DNA of 64,000 nucleotides from Actinomycetota bacterium (GTDB lineage Bacteria > Actinomycetota > Actinomycetes > Actinomycetales > Microbacteriaceae): assembly GCA_041180065.1 (NCBI GenBank), contig JBEGSI010000006.1:25729-89728 (forward strand), given 5' to 3'. Of the stretch, positions 39,043 to 49,881 are shown piece after piece (position 1 is the stretch's first letter; each line of letters begins with the position of its first letter). Position numbers and translations under genes: made by a program. The notes below the pieces were generated by a model, which was not told the DNA's origin, did not search any database, and saw only the letters and a list, made by a program, of their open reading frames with translations.

Positions 39043-40503
39043 ATGACAAACACCCCAAAGGTAGCCAAGCAGGTAGCCGTAAACGACATTGGTAGCGCAG
39101 AAGATTTCCTAGCTGCAGTCGAAAAAACCCTAAAATTCTTCAACGACGGCGACCTAATCGCCGGTGTAGTTGTCAAGATTGACCGCGACGAGGTTCTTCT
39201 CGACGTCGGTTACAAGACCGAAGGTGTAATTCCTTCTCGTGAGCTTTCGATCCGCCACGACGCCGACCCAAGCGACATTGTTGCTGTTGGTGATTCGATC
39301 GAGGCCCTCGTTCTTCAGAAAGAAGACAAAGAAGGCCGCCTAATTCTTTCCAAGAAGCGTGCTCAGTACGAGCGTGCTTGGGGCGATGTTGAGAAGGTTA
39401 AGAACGAAGACGGAACCGTTGAAGGTACCGTTATCGAAGTTGTTAAGGGTGGTCTAATCGTTGACATCGGTCTACGTGGATTCCTTCCTGCATCACTAAT
39501 CGAACTTCGTCGCGTTCGTGACCTAGGTCCATACCTTGGCCAGAAGGTTGAAGCCAAGATTCTTGAACTCGACAAGAACCGTAACAACGTTGTTCTTTCA
39601 CGCCGTGCCCTTCTAGAAGAAAGCCAGGCTGCCGGACGCACCACTTTCCTTGCAGATCTTGCTAAGGGTCAGATTCGTACCGGTGTTGTCTCATCTATCG
39701 TCAACTTCGGTGCATTCATCGATCTTGGTGGCGTAGACGGTCTAGTTCACGTTTCGGAGCTTTCTTGGAAGCACATCGAACACGCTTCTGAAGTTGTTGA
39801 AATTGGTCAGGAAGTAACCGTTGAGGTTCTTGAAGTCGACCAGGACCGTGAGCGTGTATCGCTTTCGCTAAAGGCAACTCAGGAAGACCCATGGCAGGTA
39901 TTCGCTCGCACCCACTCAATCGGACAGTACGCACCAGGTAAGGTAACCAAGCTGGTTCCTTTCGGTGCATTCGTTCGCGTTGCAGATGGTATCGAGGGTC
40001 TAGTTCACATCAGCGAGCTATCGGCTAAGCACATTGAACTCGCTGAGCAGGTTGTAGCAGTGAACCAGGACGTGTTCGTGAAGGTAATCGACATCGATCT
40101 AGAGCGTCGCCGTATTTCACTTTCGCTAAAGCAGGCTAACGAAGAAGTCGACCCTGAGGGCACCGAATTCAACCCAGCTCTATACGGTATGGCTGCAGAC
40201 TACGACGAGAACGGTACCTACAAGTACCCAGAAGGCTTCGACTCTGCAACCAGCGAATGGAAGCCAGGCTTCGAAGAAGCCCGCGCTAAGTGGGAGAAGG
40301 AATACGCAGAAGCTCACGCCCGTTGGGAAGAGCACAAGCGCCAGGTCAAGGCAGCCAACGAGCTTGCCGCGACCCTTCCAGATGCACCTGCCGCCGGTGA
40401 GAGTAACGCAAGCTACTCAAGCGAGGACAAGTCGGAAGCTGGCACTTTGGCCGCCGACGAGTCACTTGCAGCACTACGCGACAAGCTAAAGAGCGCCGAG
40501 TAA
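39043..40503 (+). CDS. rpsA: 30S ribosomal protein S1
   Basis: 486 aa. QVAVNDIGSAEDFLAAVEKTLKFFNDGD N-terminus, four S1 repeats and an acidic C-terminal tail. Confidence 0.95.
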   Translation: MTNTPKVAKQVAVNDIGSAEDFLAAVEKTLKFFNDGDLIAGVVVKIDRDEVLLDVGYKTEGVIPSRELSIRHDADPSDIVAVGDSIEALVLQKEDKEGRLILSKKRAQYERAWGDVEKVKNEDGTVEGTVIEVVKGGLIVDIGLRGFLPASLIELRRVRDLGPYLGQKVEAKILELDKNRNNVVLSRRALLEESQAAGRTTFLADLAKGQIRTGVVSSIVNFGAFIDLGGVDGLVHVSELSWKHIEHASEVVEIGQEVTVEVLEVDQDRERVSLSLKATQEDPWQVFARTHSIGQYAPGKVTKLVPFGAFVRVADGIEGLVHISELSAKHIELAEQVVAVNQDVFVKVIDIDLERRRISLSLKQANEEVDPEGTEFNPALYGMAADYDENGTYKYPEGFDSATSEWKPGFEEARAKWEKEYAEAHARWEEHKRQVKAANELAATLPDAPAAGESNASYSSEDKSEAGTLAADESLAALRDKLKSAE

Positions 40504-40513
40504 CGTTTCAGGT

Positions 40514-40554
40514 ATTTCGGGTCGACCCTTTTCGGGTCGGCCCGAAATCTTTTT
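40514..40554 (+). terminator. intrinsic terminator of rpsA
   Basis: ATTTCGGGTCGACCC-ttttc-GGGTCGGCCCGAAAT is a 15-bp stem with one G-U pair, followed by CTTTTT. Confidence 0.8.
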
Positions 40555-40557
40555 AAG

Positions 40558-40563
40558 TAGGCT
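40558..40563 (+). promoter_or_regulatory. TAGGCT hexamer 6 nt upstream of coaE ATG (candidate -10 of a leaderless transcript)
   Basis: TAGGCTttaggtATG, directly downstream of the rpsA terminator. Shares AAGTAGGCTT with the polA site. Confidence 0.4.
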
Positions 40564-40569
40564 TTAGGT

Positions 40570-41181
40570 ATGTTTCTAGTCGGGCTAACAGGCGGTATTG
40601 CGTCGGGTAAGAGCAGTGTTGCCGATGTTTGGGAACACCTGGGAGCAGAAGTAGTAGATGCCGATGAACTGGCTAGAGAAGTTGTTTTGCCTGGTTCCGT
40701 TGGCCTTAGTCGAATCACTGAGGAGTTCGGGGTTGACATCCTCTCTTCAGATGGGACTTTGAACCGTAAGTCTCTCGCTGATCGCATTTTTTCGGATTCC
40801 GAAAAACGAGAGAAACTCGAGTCGATTCTTCATCCTCTAATTCGAGAGCTAGCAGCGGAAAAGCTTGGAGCAACCAATGCTGACCTAGTTGTCTACGTGA
40901 TCCCCCTGTTAGCTGAAACCAAGAGCGATTTACCATTCGACTACATAGTGACCGTTGAGGCACCAGAAGAGGATCAAATTCAGAGAATGACTGAGTTCCG
41001 TGGCATGAGTCGTGAAGACGCTATGGCGCGAATAAAGGCACAGGCAAGGCCTGCCGAACGTGCGAATGTCGCCGACCGCATTCTGAATTCCAATCAGTCC
41101 CTGAAACTTCTTCAAAAAGATGCCTCAAGACTTTTTTCTGAGCTAAAGCTACTGGCGCAGGCCAAGAATTCGATCGTGTAA
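40570..41181 (+). CDS. coaE: dephospho-CoA kinase
   Basis: 203 aa. [13 protein letters not shown]-loop. Kinase domain only, without the C-terminal extension seen in mycobacterial CoaE. Confidence 0.9.
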   Translation: MFLVGLTGGIASGKSSVADVWEHLGAEVVDADELAREVVLPGSVGLSRITEEFGVDILSSDGTLNRKSLADRIFSDSEKREKLESILHPLIRELAAEKLGATNADLVVYVIPLLAETKSDLPFDYIVTVEAPEEDQIQRMTEFRGMSREDAMARIKAQARPAERANVADRILNSNQSLKLLQKDASRLFSELKLLAQAKNSIV

Positions 41182-41183
41182 GC

Positions 41184-43229
41184 ATGCAACCGCAGCGTCA
41201 AGTCTTTCCCTTTGAAGTCATCAGCGAATACGTTCCATCCGGTGATCAGCCAACTGCAATCGCCGAGTTAGCAGCACGCATCAATGCGGGTGAAAAGGAT
41301 ATTGTTCTCCTTGGTGCAACAGGCACGGGTAAATCGGCAACTACCGCCTGGCTAATTGAAAAGTTACAGAGACCTACCTTGGTGCTGGCACACAATAAGA
41401 CCTTGGCGGCCCAATTGGTCAACGAATTTAGAGAGCTACTGCCAAACAATTCGATTGAGTATTTCGTCAGTTACTACGATTACTACCAACCAGAAGCGTA
41501 CGTTCCACAAACCGATACGTTTATTGAGAAGGACTCGTCGATAAACGACGAGGTTGAGCGACTTAGATACAAAGCAACAATGAGTCTCTTGTCACGCCGC
41601 GACGTTGTAGTGGTATCTACTGTCTCGTGTATTTACGGACTTGGAGCCCCAGCCGAGTACCTGAACCAATCTGTTTCTCTACAGGTAGGCGACCGAATCG
41701 ATAGGGACGATCTAATTCGTCGATTCGTGGAACTTCAATACAAACGAAATGACTACGACTTTTCACGAGGTAACTTCCGTGTAAAAGGCGACACAGTTGA
41801 AATCATCCCTGTTTACGACGAACTTGCCACGCGTATTGAGTTCTTCGGTGATGAGGTTGAGGCCATTTACTCGCTTTCTCCGCTAACCGGCGAGGTTGTA
41901 TCAACACTTCCTCAGGCGGCCATCTTCCCGGCAAGTTACTACGTTGCCCCACCCGAGCAAATGGGTCGCGCTATCGAGGCGATCGAAGATGAACTTGCGA
42001 TCAGACTTAGGGATCTGGAGAACCAAGGGAAGCTGTTGGAGGCCCAGCGACTCAAGATGCGCACCACTTTCGATTTGGAAATGATTCGAGAGATCGGATT
42101 CTGTTCGGGAATTGAGAACTATTCAAGGCACATCGACGGTCGCGAGCAGGGGAGCGCTCCCAGTTGCCTGCTCGATTTCTTTCCCGAAGACTTTCTTACC
42201 GTTATCGACGAATCGCACGTCACGGTTCCGCAGATCGGTGCAATGTATGAAGGTGATTCCTCAAGAAAACGCACCTTGGTAGAGCACGGTTTCCGACTTC
42301 CTTCCGCATTGGATAACCGACCTCTAAAATTCTCTGAATTTGAAGAACGAATCGGCCAGACCGTTTATTTGTCGGCCACTCCTGGAAAATACGAACTTGC
42401 TCGAGGTGACGGATACGTTGAGCAGATCATCAGACCGACCGGATTGATCGACCCTGCCATTGTGGTCAAACCAGTCAAGGGCCAGGTCGATGACCTGCTG
42501 GAACAGATTCGAATCAGAGCCGCAAGAAACGAGCGAGTTCTAGTTACCACGCTGACCAAAAAGATGGCGGAGGATCTGAACGAGTTCCTGAATGAGGCTG
42601 GAATCCGAGTCAGGTACCTCCACAGCGATGTCGACACCCTTCGGCGAGTCGAACTGCTTACCGAGCTGCGAGCTGGGGTCTACGACGTGTTGGTCGGAAT
42701 CAATCTGCTCCGTGAAGGTCTAGACCTTCCTGAGGTTTCTCTAGTGTCAATTCTTGATGCCGACAAGCAGGGATTCCTGAGGTCTGCAACTTCCCTGATT
42801 CAGACCATTGGTCGTGCCGCTCGAAATGTAAATGGCGAAGTTCACATGTATGCCGACAAGATGACTCCAGCCATGATTCAAGCTATCGATGAGACCGACA
42901 GAAGACGAGCCAAGCAGGTTGCCTACAACGTCGCCAACGGCATAGATCCCAAGCCACTTCGAAAGAAGATTGCTGATCTCACCGACCAAATTAACCGTGA
43001 GGAAGTCGATACGGCTCAACTTGTGGAGTCACTTAGAGCTGGCAAAACTAAGGTTCGGTCGAAGTCTGCAAGTTCAACCAACGTGGATGAACTAATCAAT
43101 ACCATCCTCGAGCTCGAGGCAGAAATGAGGCAAGCGGCGAGTGAACTGCAGTTCGAGTTGGCTGCACGTTTGCGAGATGAAGTAAGTGACATGAAGCGCA
43201 CCCTAAGAGACATCCAGCGACACGGTTGA
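41184..43229 (+). CDS. uvrB: excinuclease ABC subunit B
   Basis: 681 aa. [15 protein letters not shown] and a C-terminal UVR domain ([13 protein letters not shown]). Confidence 0.96.
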   Translation: MQPQRQVFPFEVISEYVPSGDQPTAIAELAARINAGEKDIVLLGATGTGKSATTAWLIEKLQRPTLVLAHNKTLAAQLVNEFRELLPNNSIEYFVSYYDYYQPEAYVPQTDTFIEKDSSINDEVERLRYKATMSLLSRRDVVVVSTVSCIYGLGAPAEYLNQSVSLQVGDRIDRDDLIRRFVELQYKRNDYDFSRGNFRVKGDTVEIIPVYDELATRIEFFGDEVEAIYSLSPLTGEVVSTLPQAAIFPASYYVAPPEQMGRAIEAIEDELAIRLRDLENQGKLLEAQRLKMRTTFDLEMIREIGFCSGIENYSRHIDGREQGSAPSCLLDFFPEDFLTVIDESHVTVPQIGAMYEGDSSRKRTLVEHGFRLPSALDNRPLKFSEFEERIGQTVYLSATPGKYELARGDGYVEQIIRPTGLIDPAIVVKPVKGQVDDLLEQIRIRAARNERVLVTTLTKKMAEDLNEFLNEAGIRVRYLHSDVDTLRRVELLTELRAGVYDVLVGINLLREGLDLPEVSLVSILDADKQGFLRSATSLIQTIGRAARNVNGEVHMYADKMTPAMIQAIDETDRRRAKQVAYNVANGIDPKPLRKKIADLTDQINREEVDTAQLVESLRAGKTKVRSKSASSTNVDELINTILELEAEMRQAASELQFELAARLRDEVSDMKRTLRDIQRHG

Positions 43230-43245
43230 GATTTACACTAGATAA

Positions 43246-46098
43246 GTGAGTCGTCTGAATCCTGAAAACAAATTGCACGTTAAAGGTGCACGCGTGCACA
43301 ACCTTAAAAACATCGATTTGGAGATTCCACGCGACGCCTTGGTTGTCTTCACCGGCCTGTCAGGATCCGGAAAGTCATCTCTGGCTTTCGACACAATTTT
43401 CGCCGAAGGGCAGCGACGCTACGTTGAATCGCTTTCCGCGTACGCCAGACAATTTCTCGGCCAGGTAGATCGCCCAGACGTTGATTTCATCGAAGGCCTG
43501 TCGCCTGCCGTATCAATCGACCAGAAGTCGACCAACCGTAATCCTCGCTCAACGGTCGGCACGATTACTGAGATTCACGATTATCTGCGCCTACTCTGGG
43601 CTCGAATCGGCATACCACACTGTGCAGAGTGCGGCGAGCGAATCATCAAGCAAACACCTCAGCAAATTGTTGATCAGATTTTGGAGCTGCCAGAAGGCAC
43701 TAAGTACCAAATCCTCGCACCGATTGTGACACAAAAGAAGGGTGAGTTCGTCGACCTTTTTGCAACATTGACTGCACAGGGTTACTCACGAGTAACAGTC
43801 GACGGCGAATTGGTGCAACTTGCCGATGCCAAGCCTCTGAAGAAGACTTTTAAGCACGACATCTCTGTTGTAGTTGACCGCCTAGTTGCCAAAGCGGATA
43901 TCATTCAACGACTTACCGATTCCGTTGAGACCGCTCTAAAGCTAGCTTCTGGGCGACTGATTTTGGACTTGGTCGACTCTCCACCGGCTTCAGCCAAGCG
44001 AGTGTTTAGCGAGAAAATGTCTTGCCCGAATGAACACGAGCTTTCCCTTACGGAGATTGAACCTCGTAGCTTCTCCTTCAATGCTCCGTTCGGTGCCTGT
44101 CCGGCATGCAGCGGACTTGGAACCAAGATGGCGGTTGAACCAGCACTGGTCATTGGCGACCCAGCGGCCAGCATCAACGGGGGAGTATTACTTCCTTGGT
44201 CAACTCCTGGGAAAGGTCTATACGGGTTCTTTACCAGAGTATTAGAGTCGCTCTCGGAAGATCTCGACTTCTCACTTGATACACCCTGGCAAGAACTAAA
44301 CCCGGATGTACAGGAAGCCGTGTTATTCGGAAACAACTTTGACGTTAAAGTCAAATGGAAAAACAAGTACGGTCGCGAACTTCGCTACACATCTGGTTTC
44401 GAAGGTGTACTTACCTACATCGAGCGAAAGTGGCTCGAAAGCGAAAACGACTTCCAGCGTGGTCGTTGGGCAGGTTTTCTACGCGAAATACCCTGCTCGG
44501 CCTGTGACGGAACACGATTAAAGCCTGAGGTTCTAGCCGTAAAGGTTTCAAACAGTTCAATTGCCGATGTGGCGAGACTTAGCTTGCGTGACTGCAGCGC
44601 CTTCTTCCAGAGTCTTGAACTAGATGCGAGAGACTCGAAGATTGCTGCGCAGGTACTTCGTGAGATCCAAGCGCGACTGGTTTTCCTTCTTGATGTCGGT
44701 CTCGACTACCTTTCACTTGAACGAGCAGCTGGAACACTATCCGGAGGTGAAGCGCAAAGAATTCGTTTGGCTACACAGATTGGCTCTGGACTCACCGGAG
44801 TACTCTACGTGCTCGATGAGCCGAGCATTGGTCTGCACCAGAGAGATAACCTTCGACTTATCGAGACCTTAGTGAAGCTTCGAGACCTCGGCAATACCCT
44901 TGTCGTTGTTGAACACGATGAAGACACCATCCGGGCGTCAGACTGGGTTGTTGACATCGGCCCAGGCGCTGGAGTTCACGGCGGCGAAGTTGTTCACTCC
45001 GGCACTTACGAAGAGATTCTCAAAAACCCGAAATCAATAACTGGTGCCTACCTTAGCGGGCGCGAAAAAATCATCACGCCTGCGAGCCGTCGTGCCATCG
45101 ATTGGGACCGCAAAGTTACTGTGGTCGGTGCCCGCGAGAACAACCTGCGCGATGTCACTGCCGAGTTCCCGCTCGGAGTTTTGACCGCAGTAACCGGAGT
45201 CAGCGGCTCAGGAAAGTCTTCGCTGGTAAACGATATCCTGTATCAGGTATTGGCAAACGGCCTGAACGGCGCCAAAGGGGTTCCTGGGCGCCACACACGA
45301 GTTGATGGCCTAGAACTTCTCGATAAGGTCGTGCACGTAGACCAGGCCCCGATTGGTAGAACTCCACGTTCCAACCCCGCAACGTATACCGGAGTCTTTG
45401 ACCATATCCGTAAGCTGTTCGCCGAAACCACGGAAGCCAAGGTTCGTGGTTACCAGCAAGGCCGCTTCTCATTCAACGTCAAAGGTGGTCGTTGTGAAGC
45501 TTGCAGCGGCGATGGAACTCTACGTATTGAAATGAACTTCCTGCCCGATGTTTATGTCGCGTGTGAGGTTTGCCATGGCGAGCGCTACAACCGAGAAACC
45601 CTACAAGTCACTTACAAGGGTAAAAACATCTCCGAAGTATTAGACATGCCAATCGCAGAGGCTGCAGAGTTCTTCGCCCCTGTTTCGGCAATTGCCCGAT
45701 ACTTAGAGACGCTGGTTTCAGTGGGCCTAGGCTACGTTCGACTAGGGCAATCGGCAACCACTCTTAGTGGTGGCGAGGCTCAGCGCGTCAAGCTTGCAAC
45801 CGAACTTCAAAAGCGAAGTAATGGACGCTCGATCTACGTTCTTGATGAGCCAACCACCGGTCTTCACTTCGATGACACCAGAAAGCTACTGCAGGTTCTT
45901 GGCAGTCTGGTCGACAAGGGCAATACCGTAATTGTTATTGAACACAACCTTGATGTCATTAAGTGCGCCGACTGGGTCATCGACATGGGACCTGAAGGTG
46001 GCGCTGGCGGAGGGCAAGTCATCGCGAAGGGCACTCCTGAGCAGGTTTCTAAAAACTCGGCAAGTTTCACTGGGAAATTCCTAAGCAGATTGCTCTAA
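43246..46098 (+). CDS. uvrA: excinuclease ABC subunit A
   Basis: 950 aa. Two ABC modules ([24 protein letters not shown]) and zinc-finger cysteines. GTG start. Confidence 0.96.
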   Translation: MSRLNPENKLHVKGARVHNLKNIDLEIPRDALVVFTGLSGSGKSSLAFDTIFAEGQRRYVESLSAYARQFLGQVDRPDVDFIEGLSPAVSIDQKSTNRNPRSTVGTITEIHDYLRLLWARIGIPHCAECGERIIKQTPQQIVDQILELPEGTKYQILAPIVTQKKGEFVDLFATLTAQGYSRVTVDGELVQLADAKPLKKTFKHDISVVVDRLVAKADIIQRLTDSVETALKLASGRLILDLVDSPPASAKRVFSEKMSCPNEHELSLTEIEPRSFSFNAPFGACPACSGLGTKMAVEPALVIGDPAASINGGVLLPWSTPGKGLYGFFTRVLESLSEDLDFSLDTPWQELNPDVQEAVLFGNNFDVKVKWKNKYGRELRYTSGFEGVLTYIERKWLESENDFQRGRWAGFLREIPCSACDGTRLKPEVLAVKVSNSSIADVARLSLRDCSAFFQSLELDARDSKIAAQVLREIQARLVFLLDVGLDYLSLERAAGTLSGGEAQRIRLATQIGSGLTGVLYVLDEPSIGLHQRDNLRLIETLVKLRDLGNTLVVVEHDEDTIRASDWVVDIGPGAGVHGGEVVHSGTYEEILKNPKSITGAYLSGREKIITPASRRAIDWDRKVTVVGARENNLRDVTAEFPLGVLTAVTGVSGSGKSSLVNDILYQVLANGLNGAKGVPGRHTRVDGLELLDKVVHVDQAPIGRTPRSNPATYTGVFDHIRKLFAETTEAKVRGYQQGRFSFNVKGGRCEACSGDGTLRIEMNFLPDVYVACEVCHGERYNRETLQVTYKGKNISEVLDMPIAEAAEFFAPVSAIARYLETLVSVGLGYVRLGQSATTLSGGEAQRVKLATELQKRSNGRSIYVLDEPTTGLHFDDTRKLLQVLGSLVDKGNTVIVIEHNLDVIKCADWVIDMGPEGGAGGGQVIAKGTPEQVSKNSASFTGKFLSRLL

Positions 46099-46101
46099 AA
46101 A

Positions 46102-47919
46102 TTGTCGAATCGTCAAACTTGGTTCCCGACCACTGGCTCGATTCCCACCCAACCTGGGGTTTATCGTTGGTTCGACGAGTCTGATCGAATTCTCTACGTG
46201 GGTAAGGCGAAGAATCTCCGCGCCAGGCTTACCAGCTATTTTGCGAAGCCGGAAACGCTGCACGAACGCACTCGTCGGATGGTCGAATCAGCAGTACGTA
46301 TCGACTGGACGATCGTCAAATCGGAGTTTGAGGCATTGCAGCTCGAATTCACCTGGATTAAAGAATTCAATCCGCCATTTAACGTGCAATTTCGAGACGA
46401 TAAGTCGTATCCCTACCTGGCCATTTCAATGGGCGAGCAGTTCCCCAGAGTCTTTAGTTCAAGAAATCGACTCAAAGGCAAGACCAAATATTTCGGACCG
46501 TACACGCAGGCGTGGGCGATTAGAGAGACCATTGACGGACTTCTTAAAGTCTTTCCGATCCGCAGTTGCAATGATTCTCAGTTCAACTCGGCAAAGTTAG
46601 CAAACCGCCCTTGTCTCTTAGCTGAAATTGGAAAGTGCTCTGCACCCTGTGTTGGTCGAATCGATGAACCTTCTCACCGTCAACTCGTAGATAAGTTCGC
46701 CGGCTTTGTGAGCGGTAGTGACACCAGTTTTTTGCGGTCTCTCAAGAGCAAAATGCTGGAGGCATCGGAAAGCGAAAACTACGAACTAGCGGCCAGGTAT
46801 CGTGACCAGCAAAGTGCCTTAGAGGCAGTCGCGGCGAAAAGTGCAGTTGTTATGGAAGATTCGGCAAATGCCGATGTCTTTGCCCTAGCGATGGATGGTT
46901 ACACAGCTGCGGTAAGTATGTTCATGGTTCGCGACGGTCGTATCCGCGGCGCCCGCGGCTGGGTCGTTGATTTAGAACTAGAGCGAACCGAAGCAGAACT
47001 TTTCGAATACACCCTGCAAAAGGTATACGTGGACGAAGGAATCGAACTGCCTAAGGAAATCCTCACGTCGGCACTACCTTCTGATTTGAATTCGCTAATA
47101 GCATTGCTCTCTGGTATTCGGGGTTCTGCAGTATCAATTCGTGTTGCGGCTAGGGGTGACAAGAAGGCTCTTACCGAAACAGCAAAGCTAAACGCTGACA
47201 ACTCACTTTCGCAATTCAAACTGAAGCGGTCGACCGACTTCACTGCAAGATCAGTCGCCCTCACGAAGCTTCAGGAGGCCATCGGCCTTGCCAAGGTACC
47301 TCTAACAATTGAGTGTTACGATGTTTCGCACCTTGCTGGTACAAATATCGTTGCGTCTAAGGTGGTCTTCGTCGATGGAAAGCCTCGGAAAGACATGTAC
47401 CGCCGCTACAACATCGCTTCGGCAACAGACGACACTGACGCCATGAACCAAGTGCTAATCCGGCGACTTACTGGCGCCAGCGAAACCGGTGACTTACCCG
47501 ATCTCATTCTTGTAGACGGGGCCAAGCCACAACTTTCGGCTGCGTTGAAGGCGATGTCGGTCGCAAATGTTAGCTCGGTTCCAATGGTCGGGATCGCCAA
47601 GCGCCTCGAAGAACTATGGCTGCCCGGTGAAGACTTTCCCGTTTTGCTTCCGCGTGCTAGTGACGAACTGTTTTTGATTCAACATCTACGAGACGAATCG
47701 CACCGTTTTGCAATCGGCCATCAAAGACTAAAGCGGACAGCAACCATTTCAACTCAGCTAGAAGAAATTCCCGGCTTAGGACAAAAGAGAGCCAGACTGC
47801 TTCTCAAAACCTTTGGTTCTGCCAAGCGAGTGAAGTTGGCCAGCGTCGAAGAACTGTCTGATGTTCCCGGGATCGGCCCAGCGTTGGCCCAGAGCATTTA
47901 CGAATCGTTGCGCAAATAA
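46102..47919 (+). CDS. uvrC: excinuclease ABC subunit C
   Basis: 605 aa. GIY-YIG N-terminus (GVYRWFDESDRILYVGKAKNLRARL), a UVR domain and a C-terminal HhH. TTG start 3 nt after the uvrA stop. Confidence 0.93.
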   Translation: MSNRQTWFPTTGSIPTQPGVYRWFDESDRILYVGKAKNLRARLTSYFAKPETLHERTRRMVESAVRIDWTIVKSEFEALQLEFTWIKEFNPPFNVQFRDDKSYPYLAISMGEQFPRVFSSRNRLKGKTKYFGPYTQAWAIRETIDGLLKVFPIRSCNDSQFNSAKLANRPCLLAEIGKCSAPCVGRIDEPSHRQLVDKFAGFVSGSDTSFLRSLKSKMLEASESENYELAARYRDQQSALEAVAAKSAVVMEDSANADVFALAMDGYTAAVSMFMVRDGRIRGARGWVVDLELERTEAELFEYTLQKVYVDEGIELPKEILTSALPSDLNSLIALLSGIRGSAVSIRVAARGDKKALTETAKLNADNSLSQFKLKRSTDFTARSVALTKLQEAIGLAKVPLTIECYDVSHLAGTNIVASKVVFVDGKPRKDMYRRYNIASATDDTDAMNQVLIRRLTGASETGDLPDLILVDGAKPQLSAALKAMSVANVSSVPMVGIAKRLEELWLPGEDFPVLLPRASDELFLIQHLRDESHRFAIGHQRLKRTATISTQLEEIPGLGQKRARLLLKTFGSAKRVKLASVEELSDVPGIGPALAQSIYESLRK

Positions 47920-47977
47920 GTTACGTTTTTAGTCTCGGCGTGTCGCACCAGGTCATAGACTTTTGGCAGGAGGACGA

Positions 47978-48850
47978 ATGGCTAATAGCACCCACGAATT
48001 GCTTGTAGTTACAGGCATGTCCGGCGCTGGCCGTTCTACTGTTGGAAATGCTCTCGAGGACCTCGGTTGGTACGTAGTAGACAATCTTCCACCGCAAATG
48101 CTCGGACCGATCTCAGATCTTTTTTCTCTAGCAAAAACACCCCTTCCTAAATTGGCCGTGGTCATCGATGTACGTGGCCGGGAGTTCTTCCCAGAACTTC
48201 TAGATAGTCTCTCTCAACTTCGAGGTAGGTCTATCAATCTGCGTCTGGTATTTCTGGAAGCCACGGATGCCGCACTAGTTAAGCGTTTCGAAAACGTTCG
48301 ACGCCCCCATCCACTCCAGGCCAACGGGACCTTGCTAGACGGTATCGGGGCAGAGCGTAATCAGCTACTTTCGGTTCGCGAGAGTGCCGATGTTGTGGTG
48401 GACACCTCAGAGCTGAACATTCATCAGTTAAGCACCATGATTGCGGAACACTTTTCTTTCGATCGGTCAACGAAGCTCCACATTGTCGTCGAGTCATTCG
48501 GTTTCAAATACGGAACTCCCACCGACGCCGACCTCATTGCCGATGCAAGGTTCATTCCGAACCCGTTCTGGCAAGAGGAGCTACGACCGTTTACGGGCGA
48601 GGATAAAGACGTGAGTGATTTTGTTCTCTCTGCGGCAGGTGCTGAAGAATTCATCACAAACTATGTGGCAGCTTTGAAACCGGTTCTTCGTGGCTATGCA
48701 ACAGAGAATAAACGCTACGCAACCATCGCAATCGGTTGCACTGGAGGAAAGCATCGTTCGGTCGCAGTTTCTACCGAAATTGCCAAACTCCTCCGTGAGA
48801 TTCCTGAAATATCTGTAACGTTGAAACACCGAGACTTGGGAAGGGAGTAA
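47978..48850 (+). CDS. rapZ: RNase adapter / nucleotide-binding protein RapZ
   Basis: ATG 47978 preceded by GGAGGA. LLVVTGMSGAGRSTV P-loop and the CTGGKHRSV motif. Confidence 0.9.
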   Translation: MANSTHELLVVTGMSGAGRSTVGNALEDLGWYVVDNLPPQMLGPISDLFSLAKTPLPKLAVVIDVRGREFFPELLDSLSQLRGRSINLRLVFLEATDAALVKRFENVRRPHPLQANGTLLDGIGAERNQLLSVRESADVVVDTSELNIHQLSTMIAEHFSFDRSTKLHIVVESFGFKYGTPTDADLIADARFIPNPFWQEELRPFTGEDKDVSDFVLSAAGAEEFITNYVAALKPVLRGYATENKRYATIAIGCTGGKHRSVAVSTEIAKLLREIPEISVTLKHRDLGRE

Positions 48851-48852
48851 TC

Positions 48853-49833
48853 GTGGCGCTGACAGCTGATCTGAAGTATGAACTAACTAAACTAAAGCCA
48901 TCTAAAGGCGAACTTCGCCTGGCCGAACTCTCGGTGATTCTGCGTTTTACCGCATCCGTCCACGTGATCAACGCGACTATGGTTTTGGAAGCAGAGTTCG
49001 ATACCTCTCAACTTGCCAATCGTGTCAAGACCGAGATCAAAGACCTCTTCGGAATCGACGCCCGCGTTGAGATCTTGCACGCTTCTGGTGTTCGCAAGTC
49101 GTCCCGACACAATCTTCGAGTTCTAAAGCAAACCGACCTTCTGGTTCGTCAAACCGGTCTTTACTACCCAACTGGTAAGCCGGTGCGCGGCATTCATTCC
49201 CGCTTTGTGTCGGATTCAGCAGATGTTGCAGCTGCCGTTTGGCGTGGAGCGTTGTTGGCTCACGGATCGCTCACCGATCCTGGACGATCGTCATCGCTGG
49301 AAGTTTCGTGCCCAAGCAACGAAGCGGCTTCATCTCTAGTCGGTCTCGCCAAACGTCTCGGAATCTCAGGAGCCAAGTCTAGGGAAGTCAGGGGAGTGCA
49401 CCGAGTCGTAATTCGTGAAGGCGAAGACATTTCGAAGCTTCTTGAGCTCATTGGTGCAAGTGGTATTCAGGCGCGTTGGGACCAATTGCGTGCCAAACGA
49501 GAAGTGAGATCCACTGCGAACCGACTGGCTAACTTTGACGATGCCAACCTGAGACGATCCGCACAGGCCGCAGTAGCCGCTGGTGCTAGGGTTGCGCGCG
49601 CCCTAGAAATTCTTGGGCCAGACATTCCGGCTCACCTAAAGTACGCGGGCGAACTCAGACTTCAGCACAAGCAGGCATCACTTGATGAATTGGGACACTT
49701 GGCAACCCCACCAATGACCAAGGATGCCGTTGCAGGCAGGATTCGCCGGTTGCTGGCTATGGCAGATAAAAAAGCTGAAGACTTGGGCATCCCAAACACC
49801 GAGGCCTACCTTGGCGAAGACGGCGCGGAATAA
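48853..49833 (+). CDS. whiA: DNA-binding sporulation/cell-division regulator WhiA
   Basis: 326 aa. GTG start with GGGAAGGGAG upstream. LAGLIDADG-like middle domain and a C-terminal HTH. Conserved rapZ..whiA..gap context. Confidence 0.9.
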   Translation: MALTADLKYELTKLKPSKGELRLAELSVILRFTASVHVINATMVLEAEFDTSQLANRVKTEIKDLFGIDARVEILHASGVRKSSRHNLRVLKQTDLLVRQTGLYYPTGKPVRGIHSRFVSDSADVAAAVWRGALLAHGSLTDPGRSSSLEVSCPSNEAASSLVGLAKRLGISGAKSREVRGVHRVVIREGEDISKLLELIGASGIQARWDQLRAKREVRSTANRLANFDDANLRRSAQAAVAAGARVARALEILGPDIPAHLKYAGELRLQHKQASLDELGHLATPPMTKDAVAGRIRRLLAMADKKAEDLGIPNTEAYLGEDGAE

Positions 49834-49881
49834 TCTTCGGTCTCAAATGCTTATTTTGTTACAACTGATCTAAGGAGCAAC

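Noticed and set aside
43211-43245. SOS (LexA TCGAAC-N4-GTTCGA) or RecA-NDp/PafBC-type (TGTCRGTG-N8-TANNNT) motif upstream of uvrA.
   Set aside because: There is no LexA half-site. The sequence 8 nt upstream of TACACT (cgacacgg) matches only about 4 of 8 positions of the RecA-NDp -35-like element.
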